DNA of 64,000 nt from Eledone cirrhosa (GCA_964016885.1 OZ024743.1:173786001-173850000), one strand, 5' to 3'; numbered from the stretch's first letter, positions 33,354 through 43,512 are shown. Notes: generated from the letters alone by a model not told the origin. Numbers and translations are program-made.

Positions 33354-34257
33354 AATGTGTTAACACACTGTGTAATTAGTACACCTTAATGTGTTAACAC
33401 ACACTGTATAATTGGTACACATTAATGTGTTAACACACTGTGTAATTAGTACACCTTAATGTGTTAATACACACTGTATAATTGGTACACCTTACTGTGT
33501 TAACACACTGTGTAATTAGTACACCTTAATGTGTTAATACACACTGTATAATTGGTACACATTAATGTGTTAACACACTGTGTAATTAGTACACCTTAAT
33601 GTGTTAACACACACTGTATAATTGGTACACATTAATGTGTTAACACACTGTGTAATTAGTACACCTTAATGTGTTAATACACACTGTATAATTGGTAAAC
33701 CTTACTGTGTTAACACACTGTGTAATTAGTACACCTTAATGTGTTAATACACACTGTATAATTGGTACACATTAATGTGTTAACACACTGTGTAATTAGT
33801 ACACCTTAATGTGTTAATACACACTGTATAATTGGTACACCTTACTGTGTTAACACACTGTGTAATTAGTACACCTTAATGTGTTAATACACACTGTATA
33901 ATTGGTACACATTAATGTGTTAACACACTGTGTAATTAGTACACCTTAATGTGTTAATACACACTGTATAATTGGTATACATTAATGTGTTAACACACTG
34001 TGTAATTAGTACACCTTAATGTGTTAACACACACTGTATAATTGGTACACATTAATGTGTTAACACACTGTGTAATTAGTACACCTTAATGTGTTAACAC
34101 ACACTGTATAATTGGTACACATTAATGTGTTAACACACTGTGTAATTAGTACACCTTAATGTGTTAACACACACTGTATAATTGGTACACATTAATGTGT
34201 TAACACACTGTGTAATTAGTACACCTTAATGTGTTAACACACTGTATAATTGTTACA
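33354..34257. repeat. 70-bp dimeric block forming the right end of the satellite, about 13 dimers
   Basis: Same 34+36 alternation, running into the CAT repeat. Confidence 0.95.
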
Positions 34258-34490
34258 TCATCATCACCATCATCACCAGCAACATCGTCATCATCATCAT
34301 CACCATCATCACCAACAACATCGTCATCATCATCATCACCATCATCACCAACAACATCGTCATCATCATCATCATCATCATCACCAACAACATCACCATC
34401 GTCATAATCATCACCATCATCACCAACAACATCATCGTCATCATCATCATCATCACCATCATCTGCTCCTCCTCCTCGTCGTCATCATAG
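34256..34490. repeat. Compound (CAT/CAC/CAA)n trinucleotide repeat, probably the expanded (GAT)n tail of a minus-strand RTE-tailed element
   Basis: Followed by TTAACATCCATTTTTCCACG...GGATGCCCCTTCATAACACCA, a diverged version of the RTE tail seen at 41417, 48277, 56085 and 61576. Confidence 0.8.
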
Positions 34491-34692
34491 CTTAACATCC
34501 ATTTTTCCACGTTTGCCTATTAGACAGGTTGTCACATTAGTAAACATGATATGTTAGGTGGCCACGTCTTGCGCATACAGATCTGTATTCTGGCTTGGTT
34601 GCTATGGGTGGATGCCCCTTCATAACACCACCCTTGTTATTGTGTAGACTGCCAAAACTACCATCTAATAGGGTGGGCTGGCTGCTATTTCG

Positions 34693-35106
34693 TCATGTCA
34701 CCAGCACAACCACCTTTCAGGGTGAACTGGTTGCTTTTTATCATGTCACCAACACAACCACCTTTCAGCGTGAACTGGTTGCTTTTTATCATGTCACCAA
34801 CACAACCACCTTTCAGGGTGAACTGGTTGCTTTTTATCATGTCACCAACACAACCACCTTTCAGGGTGAACTGGTTGCTTTTTATCATGTCACCAACACA
34901 ACCACCTTTCAGGGTGAACTGGTTGCTTTTTATCATGTCACCAACACAACCACCTTTCAGCGTGAACTGGTTGCTTTTTATCATGTCACCAGCACAACCA
35001 CCTTTCAGGGTGAACTGGTTGCTTTTTATCATGTCACCAGCACAACCACCTTTCAGGGTGAACTGGTTGCTTTTTATCATGTCACCAGCACAACCACCTT
35101 TCAGGG
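34693..35106. repeat. 48-bp minisatellite, about 8.5 copies
   Basis: Unit TCATGTCACCA(A/G)CACAACCACCTTTCAG(G/C)GTGAACTGGTTGCTTTTTA. Confidence 0.97.
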
Positions 35107-35576
35107 AAGACAGGGTGTTTTTTGTCATGTTCTCATAAAACAATATACATATCATAGGATTATTTAAAAACATAAATATATTTCTAAAAGCTTAAAATTT
35201 TATTTTATTTTATTAGGAAAGTTTTATGAAAATCAGTGTTTTAGTAATCAAAGTATAATTGGAGTTTTGATGTGTCCAGTTTCCCATCACACCTTGAACC
35301 TGCTGGCCTTGACCACAGTAATGACAAGTTACCAGATAGAATAAGCGTTTTCCTATTCAAGGTTGGGGTAAATCTCTAATTTGTGTCACCATATGCTGTG
35401 ACACATCTGTCTCTTGCTTTGTCACTTGAGCCACAACCCCAGTCACTTCTATCCATAATGTGGAGGAATGGAAGATATCGAAATATTGAGACTTCACTGA
35501 CTGCTTCCTATATATGCCACTGTTGAAACCTCTGGTGTCCTTCGTCTTTTCACTTTTGTACATTATTTTATGTACT

Positions 35577-36110
35577 AGAGCGGTGGATTAGCAGTATCGG
35601 AAGCCATGCTTTTCAGCATAGAATTACGGCCCTTTATGTTCTAAGTTCAAATCCCTCCGAGGTTGACTTTGCCTTTCATCCTTACGGGGGTCGATAAAAT
35701 AAAGCACCAGTAATGTACTGGAGTCGATTTAATCGACTTTCCCCTCCCCAAAAATGACTGGCCTTGTGCTTATACTAGAAACCAGGTTAACTTTACCTTT
35801 CATCCTTACGGGGTCGATAAAATAAAGTACCAGTAATGCACTGGGATAATTGTTGGCCTTGTGCAAAAAGTAGAAACAATTATTATATTCTGCCTAGGAT
35901 TCACAGTACCAGTAGAGCGTCTGACAACATACTTTGCAACTTAGTTACGTCCCTTTACGTTCTGAGTTCAAATCCCCACCGAGGTTAGCTTTGCTTTTCA
36001 TCCTTACAAGGTCGATAAAATAAAGCACCTGTAATGTACTGGGGTCGATTTAATCAACTTTCCCCTCCCGCAAAATTGCTGACCTTGTGCCTTTAATGGA
36101 AACAATTAAT
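35577..36110 (+). mobile_element. Cluster of three SINE family A copies (two near-full, one 3' partial)
   Basis: Three occurrences of the TTTCATCCTTAC..GGTCGATAAAATAAAG core (~35670, ~35795, ~35995); two carry the GTTCAAATCC B-box. Confidence 0.88.
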
Positions 36111-36398
36111 ATATACTGCCTAGACTAGGGTGTAAAGTCTGCCACTCCCTCTCCTTTCCACTTAATTTCATTATAAAGAAATCATTATTATTGATAAAGA
36201 AACAATTATTAATATTTACAAAGATAATTTTATTGCAAACATTATATAATTTAACTGAAATTTGTTAATTTTTTTCCAATAAATAAAGGAAGTTTATTTT
36301 CAAAAGATAATTAACTATGAGAAAGAAAAATAAAAGCAAAAATTGATAGGAATAGTGAAAATTGTTGTGTTTACTGTATCTTGTTCTCTGTTTTTCAG

Positions 36399-36488
36399 TT
36401 CCTAAAAGAGATTATACTTCTAAAGCAGCAGACTAAATTAGAAGATGTAGAAGAATGTATTCCAAAAGAAAAAATATTAAATTCCTGA
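36399..36488 (+). CDS. Candidate terminal coding exon of an unidentified host gene (FLKEIILLKQQTKLEDVEECIPKEKILNS*)
   Basis: Pyrimidine tract and acceptor TCTTGTTCTCTGTTTTTCAG, then 29 open codons to TGA in non-repetitive sequence. AATAAA at 36573 and 36594. No homology recognised. Confidence 0.3.
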   Translation, partial: FLKEIILLKQQTKLEDVEECIPKEKILNS

Positions 36489-37119
36489 ACACTACAAATC
36501 TAAATAGATATAAACAATCACGGCTTCTTTAAAGTATTTCTCATACATTCTACAATACTCATTGTTAATTCTAATAAAAACTATTTTGCTCAAAATAAAC
36601 TACATTTCATGAATGTCTGTAATGAGTTGTTATTTACAGGAGTCCCTCATCCCTCTTGGATCAATAAAATAATATACCAGTAATGTACTGGTGTCCATAT
36701 AATCGACTTTCGCTTTGCCCTAAATTATTGGTCTTATGTCTATTCTAGAAAGAATTATTATACTGTTGAAAGACAATCCTAAGCCTAAATGTTCACATAA
36801 TACGCCCCAGAAACTTCTGGAGCCCTCAAAAGATTTTGGCTGAACACTCTAATTTGCAATAACTCTATGGTGGAATTTTAGAATAAGGATATCACTGTAA
36901 ATTATTTTCAAAATCTGAGGATGCACCCTTGAAAATTTTAGGTGTGTGTGAGTGGGTGGAGGATTGGGGGGTACAGAACTATCCTTTGCCATCTATCCTA
37001 GACAATGGACCTGGTTCAGCTATGGATCCAATGACCCTCACCTCCTTCACATTACCTGAAATGCTTCTTCTTCTTCTTCTTCTTTTTCTTTTTATTCATC
37101 TTATTCTTCTTCTATATAT

Positions 37120-37440
37120 ATCATCATCATCATCATCACTGTTTTACGTCGATTCTTCCACGCTAGCATGGGTTAGACAGGTTGTCCTGTTGTGGGCAAT
37201 GTTAGGTCGACTGACCTTGTCTTGCTCATATGGGAACTGATTCTGGCTTCATTTCTACAGCTGGATGCCCTTCCTAACATCAACCTCATTTACAGTGAGT
37301 GCTGGGTGCTTTTTTGTGGTGGCGCCTACACTTTACCGTGTGGTCTGAGTGTTTTTTTGCCGTGACACTTCCCCGACCACTTTGCTGTGACACCTCCCCT
37401 CCCACTTTGCCGTGACACTTCCCCTCCCACTTTGCAGTAG
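37120..37440 (-). mobile_element. 3' part of SINE family B (RTE-tailed), including three 25-bp internal repeats
   Basis: Reverse complement of 38075-38290, with a (CAT)n tail on the plus strand. TTGCCGTGACACTTCCCCTCCCACT-like unit x3 at ~37357-37435. Confidence 0.85.
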
Positions 37441-37848
37441 GAGGAGATGGGGACAAAAATTGTCTCTATGTTTTGGTTTCAGCTTGTTACCGTGAGATGT
37501 TGGGTCACAGTCCTGTGTCATCGTCGTTGAGAGGTGCAATTGGGCAAGGTCCGCTTTATATATATATATATATTATTCTTTATCATTAACATTAATATAA
37601 AAAATAATAATTGTGTCTTTATTTTAAATTCATTTACCAAAAATCTTTGAGAAGGGCTTCAAATTTCATATAGCTTATGGCTTCTATAGGTGAAAGGCTG
37701 GCTCTAGATTTAGGTGGCATTGACAGGGTGGGGTGATAAATGAGAGGGGTGCAGAGTATATGGTACTTGTTAGGGGAAGGTATCTTTATGGTACTTTTGC
37801 AAATTGTTAATCTTTCGATAATATATCTATGTGTGTATATATATATAA

Positions 37849-38290
37849 GGCGCATGGCTTAGTGGTTAGAGCATTGGGCTTGCAATTGAAAGGTTGTTAG
37901 TTCAATTTTCGGACCGGGTGATGTGTTGTTTCCTTGAGCAAGACACTATATTTCACATTGCTCCAGTTTACTCAGCTGTAGAAATGAGATGATAGGACTG
38001 GGATCCCTATCATTCCACTGCAAAGTGGTCGAGGAAGTGCCACGGCAAAAAAGCACCCAGCCCACACTGTAAAGTTGACATGTAGGCGCCGTGGAAAAAA
38101 AGCATCCAGCACTCACTGTAAATGAGGTTGGTGTTAGGAAGGGCATCCAGCTGTAGAAATCAAGCCAGAATCAGTTCCCGTATGAGCAAGACAAGGTCAG
38201 CCGACCGGACACTGCCCACAACAGGACAACCCTTCTAACCCATGCTAGCGTGGAAGAACGGACGTAAAACGGTGATGATGTTGATAATGA
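37849..38290 (+). mobile_element. Full-length SINE family B: tRNA head, CORE-like segment, RTE 5'UTR-like block, RTE 3' tail (GAT)n
   Basis: GGCGCATGGCTTAGTGGTTAG (A box), GTTCAATT (B box), CCTTGAGCAAGACACT...CTCAGCTGTAGAAATGAG (CORE-like), GGTGTTAGGAAGGGCATCCAGC, end CGGACGTAAAACGGTGATGATG. Confidence 0.88.
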
Positions 38291-38352
38291 TATATATATA
38301 TATATATATAACTTTCACTTTATCTTTTTTTTTCGGTCTCTCTCTATATATA

Positions 38353-38605
38353 TATAGGAACGAGTAGGACCCCGACGGCTGAGCTCAAGCCGTTTCGATG
38401 GCTAATTCTGGACTATAAAAAAAAAATTTTTTTTTTAAAGTTTTTTTTTATTTTTTTTTTTTTAAGTCCAGAATTAGCCGTCGAAACGGCTTGAGCTCAG
38501 CCGTCGGGGTCCTACTCGTTCCTATTACCCACTCTACTACCCTAAGTATTGAGTACTTTGGTGCGTTATGGTCTACCTGGTTCCTTACCACATTTCCTTC
38601 GTTAT
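38353..38605. repeat. Inverted repeat (~60-bp arms, A/T-run spacer) formed by a dispersed ~140-bp element and an inverted partial copy
   Basis: ATAGGAACGAGTAGGACCCC...AATTCTGGACT (38354-38414) is the reverse complement of 38465-38525 with one mismatch. A second copy of the element is on the minus strand at 51728-51866. Confidence 0.92.
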
Positions 38606-39199
38606 ATATATATATGTGTGTGTGTGTGTAATAAGAGAGATCACCTTTTAAATTTATACTAGTATCGTCGCAGTTTTACCCATGAATAACCACAAACACG
38701 AAGATAAGCGACAATGTTACATAATGACAACATTGACCCAGTTAGTTCAGAATATATTTTAAAGTGAAACACTAAAGAACTATGTTTCTGGTGAGAGTTT
38801 CTAAAACGTTTCTAAATCGCAGAACTTTTTTCAACGTAAGGAATGGTTTGTATATTTACGGAATACAGAGCAATAGAAGGTAAGTGATTAAAAGTTTTAT
38901 CAGTTTTTATTTTTCTCCTTAATTAGCAATTATTTAACGTGATAATTTTCTGCCGACAAGACCCTAGCTCAAAAGATACCTATATCACATGAAAATTAAA
39001 GTGTGCCTTTCACACTCTAGTAAAGACTGTTAATGCTGCGGTGGAGACCGCTGCATACATAGCCGGATAGACTAAATGACTAAATCAGCGTAATTCATCG
39101 ATAAATTATATACTTTTAGCTGACAACTACGTTTTTGTAATTGTTGGTGGGTCACTGTTCACCAAAGTACTAGGGGATGTCGTGTGTTTATTTGCATCA

Positions 39200-39312
<113 letters not shown>

Positions 39313-39421
39313 AATTGTTTCTACTTTTGGCACAAGGCCTGCAATTACTCAGTGCATTACTGGTACTTTATTTTATCGACAACGTAAGGATGAAAGGCAA
39401 AGTTAACCTCGGCGGGATTTG
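39313..39421 (-). mobile_element. SINE family A, 3' partial copy
   Basis: Reverse complement of core and tail (AATTGTTTCTAC...AAGGATGAAAGGCAAAGTTAACCTCGGCGGGATTTGA). Confidence 0.88.
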
Positions 39422-39597
39422 ATATATTTAATATATGTATGTATATATATATTTGTATGTATATATATATATATGTATATGTATGTATATACATATATCT
39501 TAAAATGCAGTGGGAATACGAAGAAAGCAAGAATGGGGGGCTTCCTCATTGGCTGTCTACTGGGGGTCTCGGATATTTCTACATATGTATGTATATA

Positions 39598-39677
39598 CAT
39601 GTGCTGCATATCACTCTCTGTGTGCGCTACAAGATCGCAATCATCCGCATACAAGAGGTCTCTTATGATTGATGTAA
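39598..39677 (-). pseudogene. Tiny non-LTR reverse transcriptase fragment containing the YADD motif
   Basis: Translates IIRDLLYADDCDLVAHTESDMQH, typical of RTE-type RT domain 5. Confidence 0.75.
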
Positions 39678-40096
39678 ATATGTATGTATATATAGTAAGC
39701 AAAACTAGATCTTGCAGTTGTTTAGCCACGATAATATTAAGTTTGTTGTCATTTATTCTAAACATATTTAACATTCACACGAGTAAGCTCTTACCGAACA
39801 AACCACTGGTCAAATATATTCTAACCACGCTTCTCCTGACTTTTTCTTTCTATACATCTATATCTATATTGTCTAACGTGTCTTATTATTATTTTATTTT
39901 TTTAATATTTTTTAAGACGGTGACGGCAGAGTTTATTTTGAGGAAATATTGGCTGCTACTTCTAGCAAGTCATACTCTATATTGTTATTGGTGTTTATAT
40001 TGAAATAGGGTATCACTTGAGAGAGAGATTCGTAGAAATAGCGGGTCTACCTGGAGTGACTCTGATTTCTGAGCTACGCACTTTATTGAGTAAAAT

Positions 40097-40295
40097 TAAA
40101 ACCTCCATGCTTCCTGAGATTCGCCAACACTACACCTAATATTCCCCCTCTATACACACATGTATATCATGATTCATACATTATTCACTTCCCTGACATT
40201 TGTATATTATTCTATGTACTGTACATGCACCTTTGACGAGTTGTAGTGCACCTGAGCACTGTACACAATAATTTCATTATTATTATTATTATTAC
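40097..40295 (+). mobile_element. CR1-group LINE 3' end fragment with (ATT)n tail
   Basis: Reverse-complement homologue of 40664-40870. Confidence 0.85.
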
Positions 40296-40663
40296 TCCAA
40301 AGACCCATCGGAGGAATCCCTTTTCGGCCGCTTGTATTCGCGATCATATTATTTCAGTCATTACTCAAGATTCATGACCTTAGATAAGGGTTGACACAAA
40401 TACCGAATTGAAGATAGGGAGTTTGGCTTTTACACCTACTTCCCTTCTGATTACTGAATGCTAAAGTTGGTGCATTACAGCACCAGCTTTTGCAATTCTC
40501 ACAATTAAATAATGAACTGGTGGGTGTAATTGAAAGAGAGAGAGAGATGGAAACTGTTTAATGTGTATATATAGAGAGCATTAACTCCTGGGAGAATCGT
40601 TGGGGTACCTTAATGACATACAGCATATCTTGGGCTGAGTCCATACTTCACCAGGTTTGAATA

Positions 40664-41235
40664 TAATAATAATATAATAATAATGAAATTATTGTGTACA
40701 GTGCTCAGGTGCACTACAACTCATCAAAGGTGCATGTATAGTACACAGAATGATATACAAATGTCAGGGAAGTGAATAGTGTATGAGTCATGATATACAT
40801 GTGTGCATATGCATGGAAGGGGAATATTAGGTGTAGTGTTGGTGAATCTCAGGAAGCATAGAGGTTTTAAAGGATGCAGTGTCTCGACAGCTAACAACTG
40901 ATGCAGGTAGTTTGTTCCATGCTTCAGCAACTCTGAGCGTGAAAAATGTTTCCGAAAGTCATGGGAGCTGTGCTGTTTTCTGACTTTGTGTGCATGTCCA
41001 CGTGTGTTAGACACATGGAAATCAAAAAGGTACTCGGGGTTGTTGTTGGCAAGATGGTTAACAATTTTGTGGGTGTTTACCAAGTCAGTTGCCAGGCGTC
41101 GGAGCTTCAATGAATCCATGCCCAGGGAAGCAAGGCGTTCAGAGTATGGTAGGTGTCTGGTGGAGGGTATTCGCTTAGTTCCACGTCTCTGAACAGTTTC
41201 CAGGCGGTCAATGTTCTGAGCAAATTTCTTCCAGA
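40664..41235 (-). mobile_element. 5'-truncated CR1-group LINE (ORF2 C-terminus, 3'UTR, (ATT)n tail)
   Basis: LETVQRRGTKRIP...LPYSERLASLG...LRR...DL...TRGH...RKHF matches the CR1 ORF2 C-terminal pattern. Frameshift near 40940. Confidence 0.88.
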
Positions 41236-41244
41236 AAGAGTGAG

Positions 41245-41415
41245 AAAGTGGGGAAGAATTGACCCCAGTACTAGACTGGAACATTTTATTAACCTTGAAA
41301 GGATGGAAGGCAAAGTTGACATTGGTGGGATTTGAACTCAGAATGCAGAGAATCTGGAACACGTACTGCAAAAGCTTTCTATCTGACATTTTAACAACTC
41401 TCCCAATTCACTACC
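41245..41415 (-). mobile_element. SINE family A, diverged copy
   Basis: AAGGATGGAAGGCAAAGTTGAC...GGATTTGAACTC. Confidence 0.8.
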
Positions 41416-41416
41416 T

Positions 41417-43215
41417 CATCATCATCATCATCATCAACATTTAACGTCCGTGTTCCACGCTTGCATGGGTTTGGACGGGGGTAGTCCCACTTGAGGCAAG
41501 AGTGATTGTCTTGCTCGCATAGGACTGTCTGGCAGGTTTTCTACAGTTGGATGCCCTTCCTAACACCAACCACATTTACAGTGTGGGTCTGGGAGGTTTT
41601 TACCGTGTTGCCTACACGGCCACATTACAGCGTGGACTGTGTGTTTTTTTGTCATGACACCTACACGATCTCATTTGTTTCGGCCTGGATGGCGCGGCAC
41701 CAACATAACTTTACATAGAACGGGGTGGTGTGGATGGGGTGGGGGTGGTGGGACGGGGTGTATTTTGTTAGAGATGCCTACTGGCTGGAGTAGGTTTTAC
41801 TATATATATTTAGGTAAGGCGGGTCTTCTCTGTTACTGAGTACCGCCAAAGGTCTCGGTCCAGTGACATTGTCTTGGAGAGGTGTAAGTGTGTGATGTCG
41901 GAGTTTATCAGCTCGTCCCAGGTTTTTCTAGGTCTGCCTATTCCGTGACTACCGTCTATCTTTATTGCCCTGCACTTTGTTATACAGCTATCGACTTTCA
42001 TGCGCATCACGTGTCCATACCAACGTAGCCTTCTCTCGAGTAAACAACATCTGATCCCTCTTATCTCTAATTTTTTCCTTAGTTCGTTTCTGCTTTGCCG
42101 TTCACGTATATTACTGTTACACATCCAGCGGAGCATGCAAGCTTCGTTCCTCTCTAGTCTGCGTATATCCTCTGCACACAATGCCCAGGTCTCACTGCCA
42201 TGCAACATTGCTGTTCGTATGCAGGCATTGTACAACCTGCCTTTCATTTTTAGGGAGAATCCTTTAGCAGCTAATAGTGGTATAAGCTCTCTGAACTTTT
42301 TCCAACCAGTTCTGACTCTAGCTACAGTACTTTCAGAGCACCCTCCCCCACTGCTGATTTTATCGCCCAGGTAACGGAAGCTATCCACTATTTCTATAGA
42401 ACCCTCTGCGCAATTGAAAGAGCTAGTATTTTGTGGGCACTTGCTGCTACTTATTGCACCAGAACACCGGCCACATGTAAAATCTATGTTCTTAGTTAGC
42501 TTACCTGTGATCCCACTACATCTTTTATGCACCCATACTTTGCATTTAGGACATAAAATGGAGTTTCTACCTACGCCTTTCCTACACACCGAGCACGACC
42601 ATTTCCCAGAAGGGACCGCCGCCTTGTTTTCTTTCCTACAAACTAGAACTTTGGTCTTAGCCAGGTTAATTTTAAGTCCTTTTGACTCTAGGCTGTGCTT
42701 CCATGTTTGGAATTTCTTCTCTAGCTCGGCCATTGATTCCGCTATGAGTGTCAGGTTGTCTGCGTATAGGAGTTCCCATGGGCAGCCTGTCTTGAACTCC
42801 TCTGTTATAGCCTGAAGGGCAATAATAAATAGTAGGGGGCTGAGAACAGAGCCCTGATGGACGCCAACTTTTATGCTAAACTCTTCACTATATTCGTTGT
42901 TAATTCTAACCTTGCTGACTGTTTCTTTATACATGGCTTGTATAGCCCTCACAAGCCATTCGTCAACGCCTAGTTTTCTAAGAGCCCACCAGATAATGGA
43001 GCGGGGGACTCTGTCGAAGGCTTTCTCCAGGTCGACAAAAGCTAAGTAGAGGGGTTTACCTTTAGCTAGGTACTTCTCCTGTAGTTGTTGTACTATGAAA
43101 AGAGCGTCTGTGGTACTTTTGCCTGACACAAACCCGAACTGCATTTCATCTAGGTCAATTCTCTCTCTGATTAGTTGCGCTATTACTTTTTCCGTGACCT
43201 TTATGACCTGGTCGA
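41417..43215 (-). mobile_element. RTE-clade LINE copy 1, 5'-truncated (RT, PHD-type finger, C-terminus, ~390-bp 3' region, (GAT)n tail)
   Basis: ORF 41810-43267 has QFGF, FVDLEKAFDRV, GVHQGSVLSPLLF, LLYADN (catalytic YADD mutated), FRYLG, GSETW, RLRWYGHV, GRPRKTW. Confidence 0.95.
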
Positions 43216-43393
43216 TTAATTTAATAATATATATTTTAAGTGTTACGTAATTCCAAAGGAAAAGCAAAGGAAAAAAGAGTGCTCTATGTATAGAACAGAG
43301 CTATTTAATTAGAAAGTGAACAACACAAAATATAACTACTCCATTACCAAAGGTTTCTGGATCACAGGCGATAATAATAATATACGTCTGGAT

Positions 43394-43512
43394 CAGGGCC
43401 GTCTTAACGCATGGGCACGCTGGGCAGTTGCCTGGGGGCCCCACGAGGATAGGGAGCCCATTTGTATTTTTATTCCTCTAGGTAGGGACCCCAGTGGGGG
43501 CCTATAATGTTG
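43394..43512. mobile_element. hAT-type MITE remnant with 8-bp target-site duplication
   Basis: GTCTGGAT direct repeats at 43386-43393 and 43513-43520. Element starts CAGGGCCGTC and ends TG, with most of the right TIR missing. Confidence 0.7.

Larger units (their letters stand above)
1..34257. repeat. 36-bp satellite array (consensus TGTGTTAACACACACTGTATAATTGGTACACCTTAC), roughly 900+ units, continuing past the left window edge
   Basis: Continuous head-to-tail units with recurring variants (AACG/AACA, TTGG/TTAG, ACTG/ACAG, CACATT) and occasional 32-34-bp units. Interrupted only by three SINE copies. Ends at ...AATTGTTACA (34257). Confidence 0.99.

Noticed and set aside
1-34257. CRISPR array (36-bp, partly palindromic repeats)
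   Set aside because: Units are contiguous with no unique spacers, there are no cas genes, and the context is eukaryotic.
34250-35173. Poly-His/poly-Met ORFs and 16-aa repeat ORFs
   Set aside because: These are translations of a trinucleotide tract and a 48-bp minisatellite.
37849-37920. tRNA gene
   Set aside because: A and B boxes are present but there is no clean cloverleaf, and the sequence continues into SINE body found in several copies.
41810-43267. Active LINE or domesticated RT gene
   Set aside because: It is 5'-truncated, lacks the endonuclease, has YADN instead of YADD, and the ORF's N-terminal residues come from flanking DNA.
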